DNA of 64,000 nt from Amoebidium appalachense. Taxonomy: Eukaryota; Protista; Ichthyosporea. This document shows positions 48,269 through 64,000 of the stretch, piece by piece (position 1 is the first letter of the stretch; every line of letters begins with the position of its first letter). Position numbers and translations under genes: made by a program. The notes under the pieces are model-generated. The model saw nothing but the letters and a program-made list of their open reading frames with translations, searched no databases and was not told the origin of the DNA. The stretch spans positions 10,042,293 through 10,106,292 of the forward strand of contig CAVNZM010000008.1 of NCBI GenBank assembly GCA_963693365.1, in the 5' to 3' direction.

Positions 48269-49552
48269 GCGCACACACACACACGCACACACACGTGCCG
48301 TCTTCTATCAGGTGCAACCCTGCGGTCGTTTCTGTGGCAGCAGACGCCTCTTGGAGGAACACATGGCACAGCGTCACGCGGACAAACCCCGCCCCACGTC
48401 ATCCCTCCGCGGTCCTGCACATGATGTCAGCCCCCCCGGACGCCCCTATTTCGCCAATCGCACGGACAGGTACAGGCAGGCAGACAGAGGGGACAGAGGG
48501 AGGGGCGAGGTTCGGGACACAAGATTCCGTCGAACATCCTCACATGCAGTCGAAAGACCCCCCATTCTTGGCGACCCTCCATTCCCAATTTATGAGGCCG
48601 GTGCAAACAGCCACTCCCGGGATAGCCCTCGTCCGAATTTGGAAAATTTGGGTGTGTTTATGGGGCCAAGCTCCCGGGAAACTCTCATTCGACCCCCCGC
48701 CCAGTCCCTATAGACCCTCCTCCCACGGGTCCCCTCACGGGTCCAAGCCCAGCCCTACTATGAAGGAAAAGGGTGACAGGCTGGGGTCTGCCTTTCGCAC
48801 ATACAACACCCCCCCCACCAGCCAACCCAGCCATGCAACACCCCCTACCAACCCCCCGAAATTGGGAAAGGAAAATCGATCCCGGCAATCGCCTACGGAA
48901 AACGATGTCCAATACCAATCCGGACGCCGGAACACCTCTGGGAAATATACGTCGGATCAAGGTCACGGTGCATACCAGGGGGATCGTGTGGAGTCTCGGG
49001 GGAGTATGGATCAGGCAGGAAATGAGTCCGAGCCCCCCGACACGGTGGACCGTCCCTCGAGCAGCCCTGGCCCCCAAGATCATGAGGATTACGAATACAC
49101 CCCGAATTTGCGATATTCTCCGGATCACGCCCCGAGCTATGAACCCGACTACACCCCCACAGGTGATTATACCCCCCGGTACGAACACGGGGGGTACTCC
49201 CTAGACGACTTGGATGACGACGATGAACCTCCCCCTTTACCCGAGTCCCCGGAGCCGGAAGACCCCGTCGACTACACCCCAACAACGGGAAATTCAGGCC
49301 GTGAGTATCCGTCGCACGTTCACGAGGCGCAATTTTCATTGTACCCCCCTTCGGAGTCGGAGTCTGATCCGGCCCCTCAGCCAATCAGCAATGAGCCTCT
49401 GCCGGCCATCCTCACTCTTGATCCTGAGGACTATCACGGGATGTTGGGTCTGGATAGGTATTACCAAAACCCCCCCCCCAAAATAATAATAATAATAATG
49501 ATAATAATGATAACAACAATAAGAATACACGTGTGCGCACACACGCATACAC

Positions 49553-49613
<61 letters not shown>

Positions 49614-49627
49614 GGGGAGGGGGGGGG

Positions 49628-49668
<41 letters not shown>

Positions 49669-49781
49669 ACGCACGCACACACACACACACATTCACACAA
49701 CCCCCCCCCCCCCCCCCCCCCCCCCCCACCCACCCACCCACTGCCCTTTTAGGAGTATCTCCAACCGAGTGGTTCTGTGTC

Positions 49782-49813
<32 letters not shown>

Positions 49814-49999
49814 GTGGGGGGGGGGGGGGGGGGGGGGGGGGGGCTAATGTATCTTGCATCGACTTTTACTCTCCGACGTCTCCAATTTTTCGCCTCGGTT
49901 TTTAATGCCATCCAGGGACATTCATGCAAAGTATGTCCTTCCTTTCCTGGTCTTTGTTGGTATCGCTTGCTGAACACAGCCCCTCCCCCTCCCCCTCCC

Positions 50000-50036
<37 letters not shown>

Positions 50037-50167
50037 TTCCCCCTTCCCATACACCAGAACAAAATTGCATGCGCACACATCCCCATGCACGCACCGCGCA
50101 CAAACACATACACACACATGCACATGCGCGGACATGTACACCCACCCACAGACACACACGCGCGCGC

Positions 50168-50224
<57 letters not shown>

Positions 50225-50432
50225 ATACACACACACACGTACACGTACACACACGTACACGTACACAGGGACACGCACGGCGAGTGGCCCGAGCTCGCTG
50301 TCCTCAAGAAGGCCTATCGCAAGGCCGTGCTCAGATGGCACCCCCGACCGCAACAAAAGCCCGTATGCCACCTCATGCTTCCAGCGCATTCTGGAAGCAT
50401 ACCAGATCTTGGGTGGGGTGGATGATAGTTGA
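24852..50432 (+). CDS. Very large (~3,900 aa) protein: disordered and RE/RD-rich N-terminus, WD40 repeats, C2H2 zinc-finger array (ZNF106-like), C-terminal DnaJ domain
   Basis: Phase-consistent GT..AG exons: 24852-24953, 25103-25164, 28533-28576, 28926-37063, 37766-38778, 40102-40146, 41604-41708, 42332-42350, 43469-43589, 44092-44186, 44693-44843, 45257-45508, 45884-46083, 46461-46525, 47413-47517, 48312-49457, 50269-50432. The model needs four single-base corrections in G/C runs (about 34150, 34345, 48695, 50341). That these exons form one gene is inferred from phase continuity only. Confidence 0.72.
25730..25860 (+). repeat. Dispersed intronic repeat, family B
   Basis: ATGGGCTCTGTTCAAGTGTCTTCTGCCTGCAACTTAATTG...GTTTGTGACGTTTTG...CTCCTCCATATTTCCAACCCTCTAACGCATAC, closely matching the copy at 15540-15668. 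Confidence 0.82.
26515..27030. repeat. Degenerate (AAGCAAAC)n / (GCAA,ACAA)n minisatellite
   Basis: Repeated CAAGCAAA units over about 500 bp, interrupted by a (CA)n block. Confidence 0.85.
28926..37063 (+). CDS. Giant ~8.1 kb exon: Pro/Ser/Thr/Gln-rich disordered region followed by EK/ER and RD/RE/RS-rich charged region
   Basis: Covered by ORFs 28868..34228 (1786 aa), 34035..34502 and 34627..37092 in successive frames. It is free of the (CA)n tracts that fill introns, and is flanked by an acceptor CGCAG|28926 and a donor 37063|GTGGGT. Confidence 0.82.
36348..36752 (+). repeat. Coding 27-bp minisatellite (ESRDMEEIR-like units)
   Basis: About 16 units of GAGTCACGTGAC(AT/AG)GGAAGAG..., mostly at 27-bp spacing. 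Confidence 0.92.
38690..45345 (+). other. WD40/beta-propeller-coding exons of the giant gene
   Basis: Translated blades: [90 protein letters not shown]. Confidence 0.75.
45355..48380 (+). other. C2H2 zinc-finger array of the giant gene
   Basis: CKW-x8-C...LQQHVADH; CLWEGC...MNAHLMAH; C-x3-CGEWF...LNHDHH; CKCGEV...ARHQRSH; YQCDFC...LDHMREAH; [10 protein letters not shown]...LEEHMAQRH. Confidence 0.8.
49425..50432 (+). other. DnaJ (J) domain-coding exons at the C-terminus of the giant gene
   Basis: [10 protein letters not shown]|[25 protein letters not shown] then [22 protein letters not shown]. The HPD motif is restored by deleting one C from the C5 run at 50341-50345. Confidence 0.85.
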
Positions 50433-51475
50433 AGAGTACGGTTACGTGGAGCTGTGGTGGAGAGGAGCGGATTCGTTTCTGTTTTTCGTTTTGTATGTAT
50501 GCTTGTTTGTTTGTTTGTTTGGTTGTTTGTTTGCTTTTTTCTTGTTTCTTTTCTTGTTTTCTTTTTGGTTTTATCACTGTGTACAGCACATGTATCTTTA
50601 TTAAGTGGTTTTCTATTTGCAGCGAAAGTGGTCTTTCCAGTCTTTTGAATGAAGGTGTGTGTGTGTTGGGTTTGGGGGGGGGGGGGGGGGGGGGGGTTGG
50701 TTATGATTTTTCGGTTTACCAATCGTGGGTAGTATGATGGGGCATGTAACGAGAAATGACGCGCGAACACAGTGTTGTTACTCTTTTCATACATGTAAGG
50801 TTGTAGGCTACCTTATGAATGGATGCAGCCTCTATCTACGATCATTATTATTTGCTTATGAGAATTGCGTGTATGTTTGGGGTGAGTTGTATTTTTGGAA
50901 AATAGTCGTTTATTGATACGCGCGGATTATATTGACACGGACCAACACACACGCTGGAGAAAGCCCTGGGTATCTCGTATATCTCGTATTTCGAATTTAT
51001 CTCCTTTTTTTCGTATCATGTGTATTTCTACATGAAATGTCACTTTTTCTCCGTTGAAAATTACCGAATCGTGTGTATGGAATATGATGATGACCGTATA
51101 TGTGAACACTGGATGTATGAAGCTATCGGATTCAATAAATCTCCGTGCACTGTTTTGAATTTCTGGGCTTTAAAAGCCTGGTGTGGGTAAAAGTGTGGGT
51201 ATAGTGTTCATTACTTGACAGACTTGCACATGTGCTCTCCGTTTCTGTACACAAAAGAACGAGCCCCGTGAACACTAAGACCCCACCCCGCCCTCCTCCC
51301 CCCCCCCCCCCCCCCCTCCATCCCCCAACACACACACACACACACACACGCTGCCACCACCACCACCCACACACGCGCGCACACCACGAAAAGGAACTAG
51401 AGTCCCCCCTCCCCCCCCCCCCCCCCCCTTGTTAACTCCTGTCCCCCATCATCTTTAAGTAACTGCATTGGGGGT

Positions 51476-51509
<34 letters not shown>

Positions 51510-51671
51510 CTCTTTCATCTCGCTCTACCTATCATAATTTGACGTTGTGTAAGGGTGTTGGCCTTTACTGCTGATAGCCTAAGGGTAGTGGGTCACGAGG
51601 GTGAGTGCAGGTTTGGGAGGCCTGTTTGGGAGGGGGGGAAGAGAGTGTGTGTGTGTGGGGGGGGTGGGGTG

Positions 51672-51709
<38 letters not shown>

Positions 51710-52055
51710 TGGGGAAGGGGGGGATGTGCATCTTCTGTTTGTGCAACGTTACCGTACTAAGGCTGCATGTTTATCTACATATAAGCTGCGCCACTGAATA
51801 AGCGATCTATCTTTTCTTGCCAGTTCACCGGTACCGGTTACCCTAGATTGGTGAAGCCATGAAAACTATGGATCCCGGAAAACAACTTACCTCATACACA
51901 TCTCCTTAAATGCTTACAACGTGGCTAGCTAATTTCAAGCGGGGCTCAACCCAACTTCGTGTACTTCATGAAAAGTTCCGTATACTTGAAAGAGCTCAGA
52001 AAAAAAAGATCTAGAATCATATATGCATGTACAGTAGGGATATTACAAACATCAT

Positions 52056-52743
52056 TCAGTCTCTTGCGTGTATAGTGCGCAAGTGGTATCTGATATGTGC
52101 CGACTGGGTAAACCTTGCCCCACATCTGAGAGAATCATTCTCACCAGATGCTATTCCACTGTTCGGCTCCGGGCTGTCAACGGGGTTAATCTGACCATGA
52201 GTGCCTGCATGATTCTTCAGATGTAGAGTCATGCTCATGGAATCAGTTGTTGTGTAACCACAACCGTAAATGCACCATTCCACCATTGCGGCACTTCGGA
52301 CTTTGTGCTTGGGCTTGCCTGATCTTGCATCAAGTTTTCTTTTGTGTTGCCTCCTATGACCATGGCTGTCTCAATCGAGCTCATGTTGCATTCCAAGCCT
52401 TGCACATCACCCACCGTATGCGAAATTTCAGCAAGAATTGTTGGCCCGTTGTCGTTCATATTGCTGTCTAACAGGCTACCAGCATTAAGTTGTGTTTGTT
52501 CTCGTTAGATCCTTGTCTTATTTCTGTTTTCTGATGTTGAAGTTCGGATGACGACAACCCCGACTCATGTTCAGCCCAGGCCCGAGTGTCAGGCTACATA
52601 CGTTATACAAGGATTGATTCCTGCGTTTCCTGCAAGCTCTTTGAGTGCTGCTCTTTTCCTGATTGTGCGGTCAAGGTGACCATCCTCTTTGCTGCAAGTA
52701 TGTTTTCCTGTGGTTTCACACCATCCATTTGCGACCCTACCAC
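52056..52743 (-). pseudogene. Disrupted C2H2 zinc-finger gene fragment
   Basis: WCIYGCGYTTTDSMSMTLHLKNH and CGARFTQSAHIRYHLRTIH are C2H2-like. Upstream protein-like sequence is broken by stops and by frameshifts that are not in homopolymers, including an 8-bp duplication at 52273-52287. Confidence 0.6.
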
Positions 52744-53060
52744 CTATTGGAGGAGGAAATGTGAGCTGCAGTGTGAAGTGGTAACTGGGATGTTGCCTTG
52801 GTCCTCGAACAAGATCCAGCTACAAGATCCATGGTAACCAATAGAATCAGTTGAAAGGTGGAACGTCGTCTTCGTCAGTTACGCAACCGAGCTACACAGC
52901 CCGGCCACCACACTTTCTCATCTAACCCAGCACTTTCTTTCAAGAGTCTTTCTTTTCATTTCTTTATTTCTTTATCCCCTCCCGGCATCCCACTAAGGCT
53001 ACGGTCAATATAGCAATACTAATAATCATCTTTGCCACTATGTACACTTAATTATTTCAG

Positions 53061-53125
53061 GAGCCTCTTTGGCCTAGCGGGCACTACTCCCCTCTGACGC
53101 AAGTACCTCCGGGTTCGAATCCCAT
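53061..53125 (+). mobile_element. tRNA-derived SINE head or tRNA pseudogene (Pol III A and B boxes)
   Basis: A box TGGCCTAGCGG (53070-53080) and B box GGTTCGAATCC (53112-53122) with tRNA-like spacing. No complete cloverleaf or acceptor stem is visible. Confidence 0.62.
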
Positions 53126-53322
53126 ATTTTGCAAACTTTGGCCCTCTCTCTTTCTCTCACCCTGCAACCGCAGGGCATTGCATGCATCATCCCTCCACTG
53201 CCCCCCTACATGTGCCCCCACCAGCTGACAAAAGCTGCCGAGCCGGGGGGCAGCTGGAGGAAGTGGGATTCTGCAGGTGCTGGGCGGTGGCTACCGGAGA
53301 AAATTCAGATCTCTTTCTTTTT

Positions 53323-53407
<85 letters not shown>

Positions 53408-53410
<3 letters not shown>

Positions 53411-53465
53411 CTGACTTGTGTGTTCGTACTTTTTTTTTTTTTTTTTTTTTTTGTGAAGGGGGGGA

Positions 53466-53496
<31 letters not shown>

Positions 53497-53564
53497 ATCC
53501 GGAGAGGGACCTGACTTGTGTGTTCGTACTTATTTTTTTCTTTTTCTTTTTTTTTTTTTGTAAA

Positions 53565-53601
<37 letters not shown>

Positions 53602-53690
53602 CTGACTTGTGTGTTCGTACTTTTTTTTTTTTTTTTTTTTTTTTTCCCTTTTGTGAAGGGGGGAGGGGGGGGGGGGGGGGGGGGGGGGGG
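53408..53690 (+). repeat. Tandem repeat x3: CTGACTTGTGTGTTCGTACT-(T)n-GT(G/A)AAG-(G)n
   Basis: The 20-bp core is identical at about 53411, 53511 and 53602; the homopolymer spacers vary in length. Confidence 0.88.
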
Positions 53691-53939
53691 TAATGATCTG
53701 GCCCGGAGTGAGAAGGGGCTGTGTGGGTGTGGGTGTCACTTTGTGACACTCAGTGGGTGGGTGGATGGGTTGGTGTGTGGGGGGCCTGCAGGGGAGGGCG
53801 GGACTGGGAGCGCGGGGGGAGGGAGGGGGGGGGGGGGGGGGGGGTTGATCTGGCCCGGGCTGGGATATCGCGATGGGACTGGGTGGGTGTCTGGGTGCAC
53901 GTGAGTAGCTGGGTGGGTGGGTTGGGGGAGGGGAGTGAA

Positions 53940-53975
<36 letters not shown>

Positions 53976-54341
53976 TTCGAGATTGACCCGGGCTTGGGCA
54001 TGAGTATGTGCATTCTCAAGAGAATTCAAGTTTATTAACCCATCCCCCTTGCAGTCAACTTATAAAAACAGCAGCCACAATACCTTTCCGTCCCTCAGTG
54101 TAAAGGGGGCGGAAGAACTGTTTCCTTCTCGTATATGCATCCAAATCAGAGTTTAAAGAAAACCAAGTGTGTAGCACCTAACACCGCCAACCATTCAATG
54201 AGTCCTACTTTTTTTTTTTTAACAATCAAAAAAAAAAATGCGAACAAAAACTTAATTGATTTAAAGACACCGGGTCCCCTGCAGTAATTTGAGCTCATTA
54301 CCTTTGACTGTCTGGAAACCCAGAAGTCTCTCTCCCCGTCT

Positions 54342-54373
<32 letters not shown>

Positions 54374-54490
54374 TCTCTAAGGCCAAGGGCCCGGTGCTTG
54401 CAACAGTAAGACGGCAAATGAATTTTTCATAGCAGGCTATATACAATATTAATCAACAATTATTTACTAACCGAAAAGGTAGATGCATCC

Positions 54491-54999
54491 ATGTCCACTA
54501 CATTTTCTGAAGAAATTGTCTTCGATGATCCCGCGGAGACCGCCATAATGCAACACAGTGACTGCGGATCCTCGTACCGTGACAGCACATCATGGGAATA
54601 TTATCAAGACGGCCAAAGTCCAAAAATGGTCAGTCACTTTGAGTGCTGTCTCCCTGCCAGGCCGGCTCAACATACCTAAGTCTTGGAGACTTAAAAAAGG
54701 TCTAAAGCTGTCTCGAAAACTTCAACTGTTGAAGTTTTCGAGACAGCTTTAGACCTTTTTTAAGTCTCCAAGGCTTTGACAATGTACCCGCTGGCTTACG
54801 TAAGGGGCCGGGTCCAACTACTGTCACCTGCTTGAACATACAAGGTATGTTGAGCCGGCATATCATCAACGGTTTGTGTGTTATATTGTACGTAATTCCT
54901 CCCTTCTCCTCCTCCTCCTTTTTTTTTTCTTTAGCACGCGCGTGTGTATGTGTGTGACTCGGTGGAGGGGAGGGGGGAGGGAAGTGGGGCGAAAAGGGT

Positions 55000-55045
<46 letters not shown>

Positions 55046-55266
55046 CTGTGCATGCAGAATTAATTAAGCGGTGGAGCATCGATGATTGGGTGAATAAACT
55101 GACGTGCCAATCAGACAATTGGATTGCTGAAGCTGATGGTGGCACTGGTTGTAAAACCATGTTTCAACTAACCCAACAAAGGTGTAAGAGCCTGTCTGAT
55201 GAACAATATGGTGTAACTGTTTATGTTGTAAAACTTGGTCACAAACACCATATACATGTAAATTAA
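54491..55266 (+). pseudogene. Possible small spliced gene or gene remnant of unknown function, disrupted by an inverted duplication
   Basis: An in-phase GT..AG intron at 54845-55057 joins ...GPTTVTCLNIQ|ELIKRWSIDDWVNKLTCQSDNW.... An upstream ATG segment MSTTFSEEIVFDDP... has a donor-like GTCAGT at 54629. No recognisable domain. Confidence 0.3.
54661..54859. repeat. Nested inverted repeat: perfect 45-bp-arm palindrome within 17-bp outer inverted repeats
   Basis: 54682-54726 is the exact reverse complement of 54728-54772 (1-nt spacer). GCCGGCTCAACATACCT (54661-54677) is the reverse complement of 54843-54859. Confidence 0.95.
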
Positions 55267-55350
55267 ACGCTGGCGGAAGCCGCCTTGCGCGGGTTTGAAC
55301 CGGCCAAAAAAGAGAACTTAGAAGGAAATAGAGTTTTCAGAGTCTAGGAT

Positions 55351-55763
55351 TCAGACACCAGCTGGCAGACCCCAACTTCTTTTCTACCATCCGTACTGTC
55401 ACCTTCCACGTGCACCGGTGCCCGCGCAGCGGGCGCCCAGACCCACCCGAGAGAGTTTCTAGAGTCTAGATTTCTTTTTTGTCGACGTCTAGATTTCAGA
55501 TAATCCTGATATTACTTCTATTGACAATCTGTTAAACCACCGTATGTTTAACGAGTTTTCTAGGGTGTATGATTATTTGAGCCGTTACCTTCTCCGTATC
55601 CGTGAGTAGGGGTTTCAATAAAGTCATTATAAAAAATAAAATAAAAAATAGATATCAGACACCAGCTGGCAGACCCCCAGTTTGCAGACCTACGTGTGAC
55701 TGACCAAACGCAACAGACCGCAGCTTCAGTTGGCGCCCGCGCAGCGGGCGCACAGCTACCTAC
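55351..55763 (+). mobile_element. Two short non-autonomous Helitron-like repeats
   Basis: Both begin TCAGACACCAGCTGGCAGACCCC (55351, 55655). Both carry a GC hairpin G(T/C)GCCCGC-GCA-GCGGGCGC about 65-80 nt later (55418-55436, 55733-55751). Copy 2 has A|TC at its 5' end and CTAC|T about 10 nt after the hairpin. Confidence 0.45.
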
Positions 55764-56398
55764 TTGTGATAGAAAGGTGATGTTTAGTTTTTGGATTAAA
55801 GAAATTCTTTAGAAGGGGGTGGCCGCTGTTCCATGGGGGCCGTCCATAAAAACGAGTTGTACATGTGTGCATGCGGCTGACATCTGGCAGTGTTCACGTG
55901 TGTGTGTGTGACACTGTGTGTGTGCGTGTCTGTGTGTGTGTGTGGGGGGGGGGGGGGGGGGGGGGGGGGGGGAGGGGGGGGGGGGGAGACCTGGGATCTG
56001 GGCTTCCCGGGAAAAATTTGATAATTTCAGACACCCTAGGGCCTGATTCTTCACCCACAACCGCTCCATTCCCCCCCCCCAAAGAGAACCGGTGCCCCCC
56101 CCCGGTCCCCCTTTCCGGATTGGCACACACAGTCACCGTGTCAGTGACACATGCACAGTGTATCCACACACAAACACTATCACGTTTGCCAAGCTGCCAG
56201 CATGCACAAAATGCAACAGCCTACCAAAGCTTAAGCCTAGCAGCTCTCTTGTAGCTAGCTATATAATTTAGTGCACCAGATGCCTCGAAAGACTTTACGT
56301 CACCGTCTTTCAGGGCTCCAACCCCCCCCCCCCCCCCCCCCCCCCTTCCCCCTCACCTCGGAGTACCCCTCTGGCCCCGGCTTCTTTCCTCCACACAT

Positions 56399-56432
<34 letters not shown>

Positions 56433-57058
56433 TCTCAGTCTCTCTCTCTCTCCCTCCCCCCCCTCCTCACGGGCATGGGCCGGTTAGTTAACGAGCCATT
56501 GAATTAAAAATAGTCCGAAAGTTGCTAAGTACGTGCATGCCAACCCTAAGAATGACCCACATACATTGGCTGAAGACCAGATCCAGTAGGCATCAGGCAA
56601 TATAAACACGCAAGCACATTTCGGCACGCGCACACACACGTAGCACATTATAAACGGAGGCACCGTGCCAAATACTTTATGCTGGTATACATTGCTGCCT
56701 TACGTTTGGACCACATTAAAGTGATTAAATGTTTGCTGCGTTTCACTTGGAAAATTACCCTCTCGAGTCTATAAATCTCCAAACCGCACATTGCAAAAGG
56801 ATCGCCGTGGAAGGCAACTGTAACACGACATACATACTTATCATCACAACATCATAACACATCTCGACTAACACACCTTAGAGTCTATGGACATGGGCGT
56901 TCTTTTTGATTAGAGCAACTTCCATTGAGTCTTAGAAAACTCGAAAGCCTCCCCTTTAACTATCTCGTTTACACTTCGGTCATTTCACACCTTGTGTGTG
57001 TATGCATACGGTGACATCTAAACACAACGTGCATGCCTATTAGAGAATATTGTGTGTG

Positions 57059-57130
<72 letters not shown>

Positions 57131-57153
57131 CGCTTGTCCGCACGAGTTGCCTC

Positions 57154-57191
<38 letters not shown>

Positions 57192-57219
57192 ATGTGCATG
57201 TGCGTGTGCGTGTGTGTAT

Positions 57220-63282
<6,063 letters not shown>

Positions 63283-64000
63283 TTGTGCACCCTCTTTTGT
63301 GTGTTTTTGCCTCGTGGGCTGATGCAGATCAAGAGGGAAGTAAATCTGGTGACGGGGAAAATGTGGACAAAAAACAACTACGAAATAACTGCGTATTCTC
63401 AGTTGGCTACTTTCCCCGCCAATGATTATTCGCATGTGCAAGTTTGTTTTGCCAGGTTGCCTCAGCAGATCAGTGGGCACAAATGCAACAAACAAAAGGA
63501 GCTCTGAATGATGCAACTGCTGTGAAAAGCACATCTACGCAAGCGGCAACAGCAGTTGTGGTATGCATCGAATCAAATACATTTATTACATCTTAAAAAA
63601 GACCAGTTCCCAATTATATCTGTTTTAATCAAGATTTTAATTTTTTTGCTATCATACATTTGTTTTGACGTAATTCTTTCACAATGTATTGCACGAATCA
63701 GCGCGTTCTTCGTGATCAAAAAGCCAATCAGAGTCAACGAAGCCACTATGACTTAGGACTAACCCAAATTTGGCAAAAGCGCGCGTAGATAATTTATTAC
63801 TGTGCCTCGGGTGTACACAACCGTTTGATTGAAAACGAAAGTTTTCCAAGTCCCTAAACAAGAAAAAATAAAGCCTGCTGCCATCTCCAGCTTGCAGCCT
63901 TCACAGATTTGCGCACGTGGCATAATTCTGCAATCGTTTCGTGTAAACCTCTCCCGGGCCCGGTGTAAATACTGTTGTGTGTTTGTGAGTCTGTTTTTGT

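Overview
Eukaryotic, intron-rich genomic DNA. Introns and intergenic DNA are full of (CA)n/(TG)n, (GA)n and poly-C/poly-G tracts, so almost all short ORFs in the supplied track are microsatellite artefacts. The gene content (EDC3, a Trk/HKT transporter, a ZNF106-like protein) suggests a unicellular opisthokont such as an ichthyosporean, but that is only an inference. By chaining GT..AG exons in phase I reconstruct five genes: (1) the 5' part of a Trk/Ktr/HKT cation transporter (-); (2) EDC3 (+, 16 exons); (3) a PAP2 lipid/dolichyl-pyrophosphate phosphatase (-); (4) a protein of about 3,900 aa (+) with a huge disordered/charged N-terminus, WD40 repeats, a C2H2 zinc-finger array and a C-terminal DnaJ domain; (5) a membrane-anchored protein of about 970 aa with an alginate-lyase-type domain (-). 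Between genes 4 and 5 lie a C2H2 pseudogene, a tRNA-like SINE head, a perfect 45-bp-arm palindrome and two mini-Helitron-like repeats. The most notable observations are the WD40-C2H2-J-domain architecture, a dispersed intronic repeat family that is always sense to its host gene and carries hammerhead-core-like motifs, a synonymously diverged exon copy inside an intron, and candidate micro-exons. Several single-base frameshifts in C/G runs are most likely assembly errors. All gene models are manual and have not been checked against transcripts.
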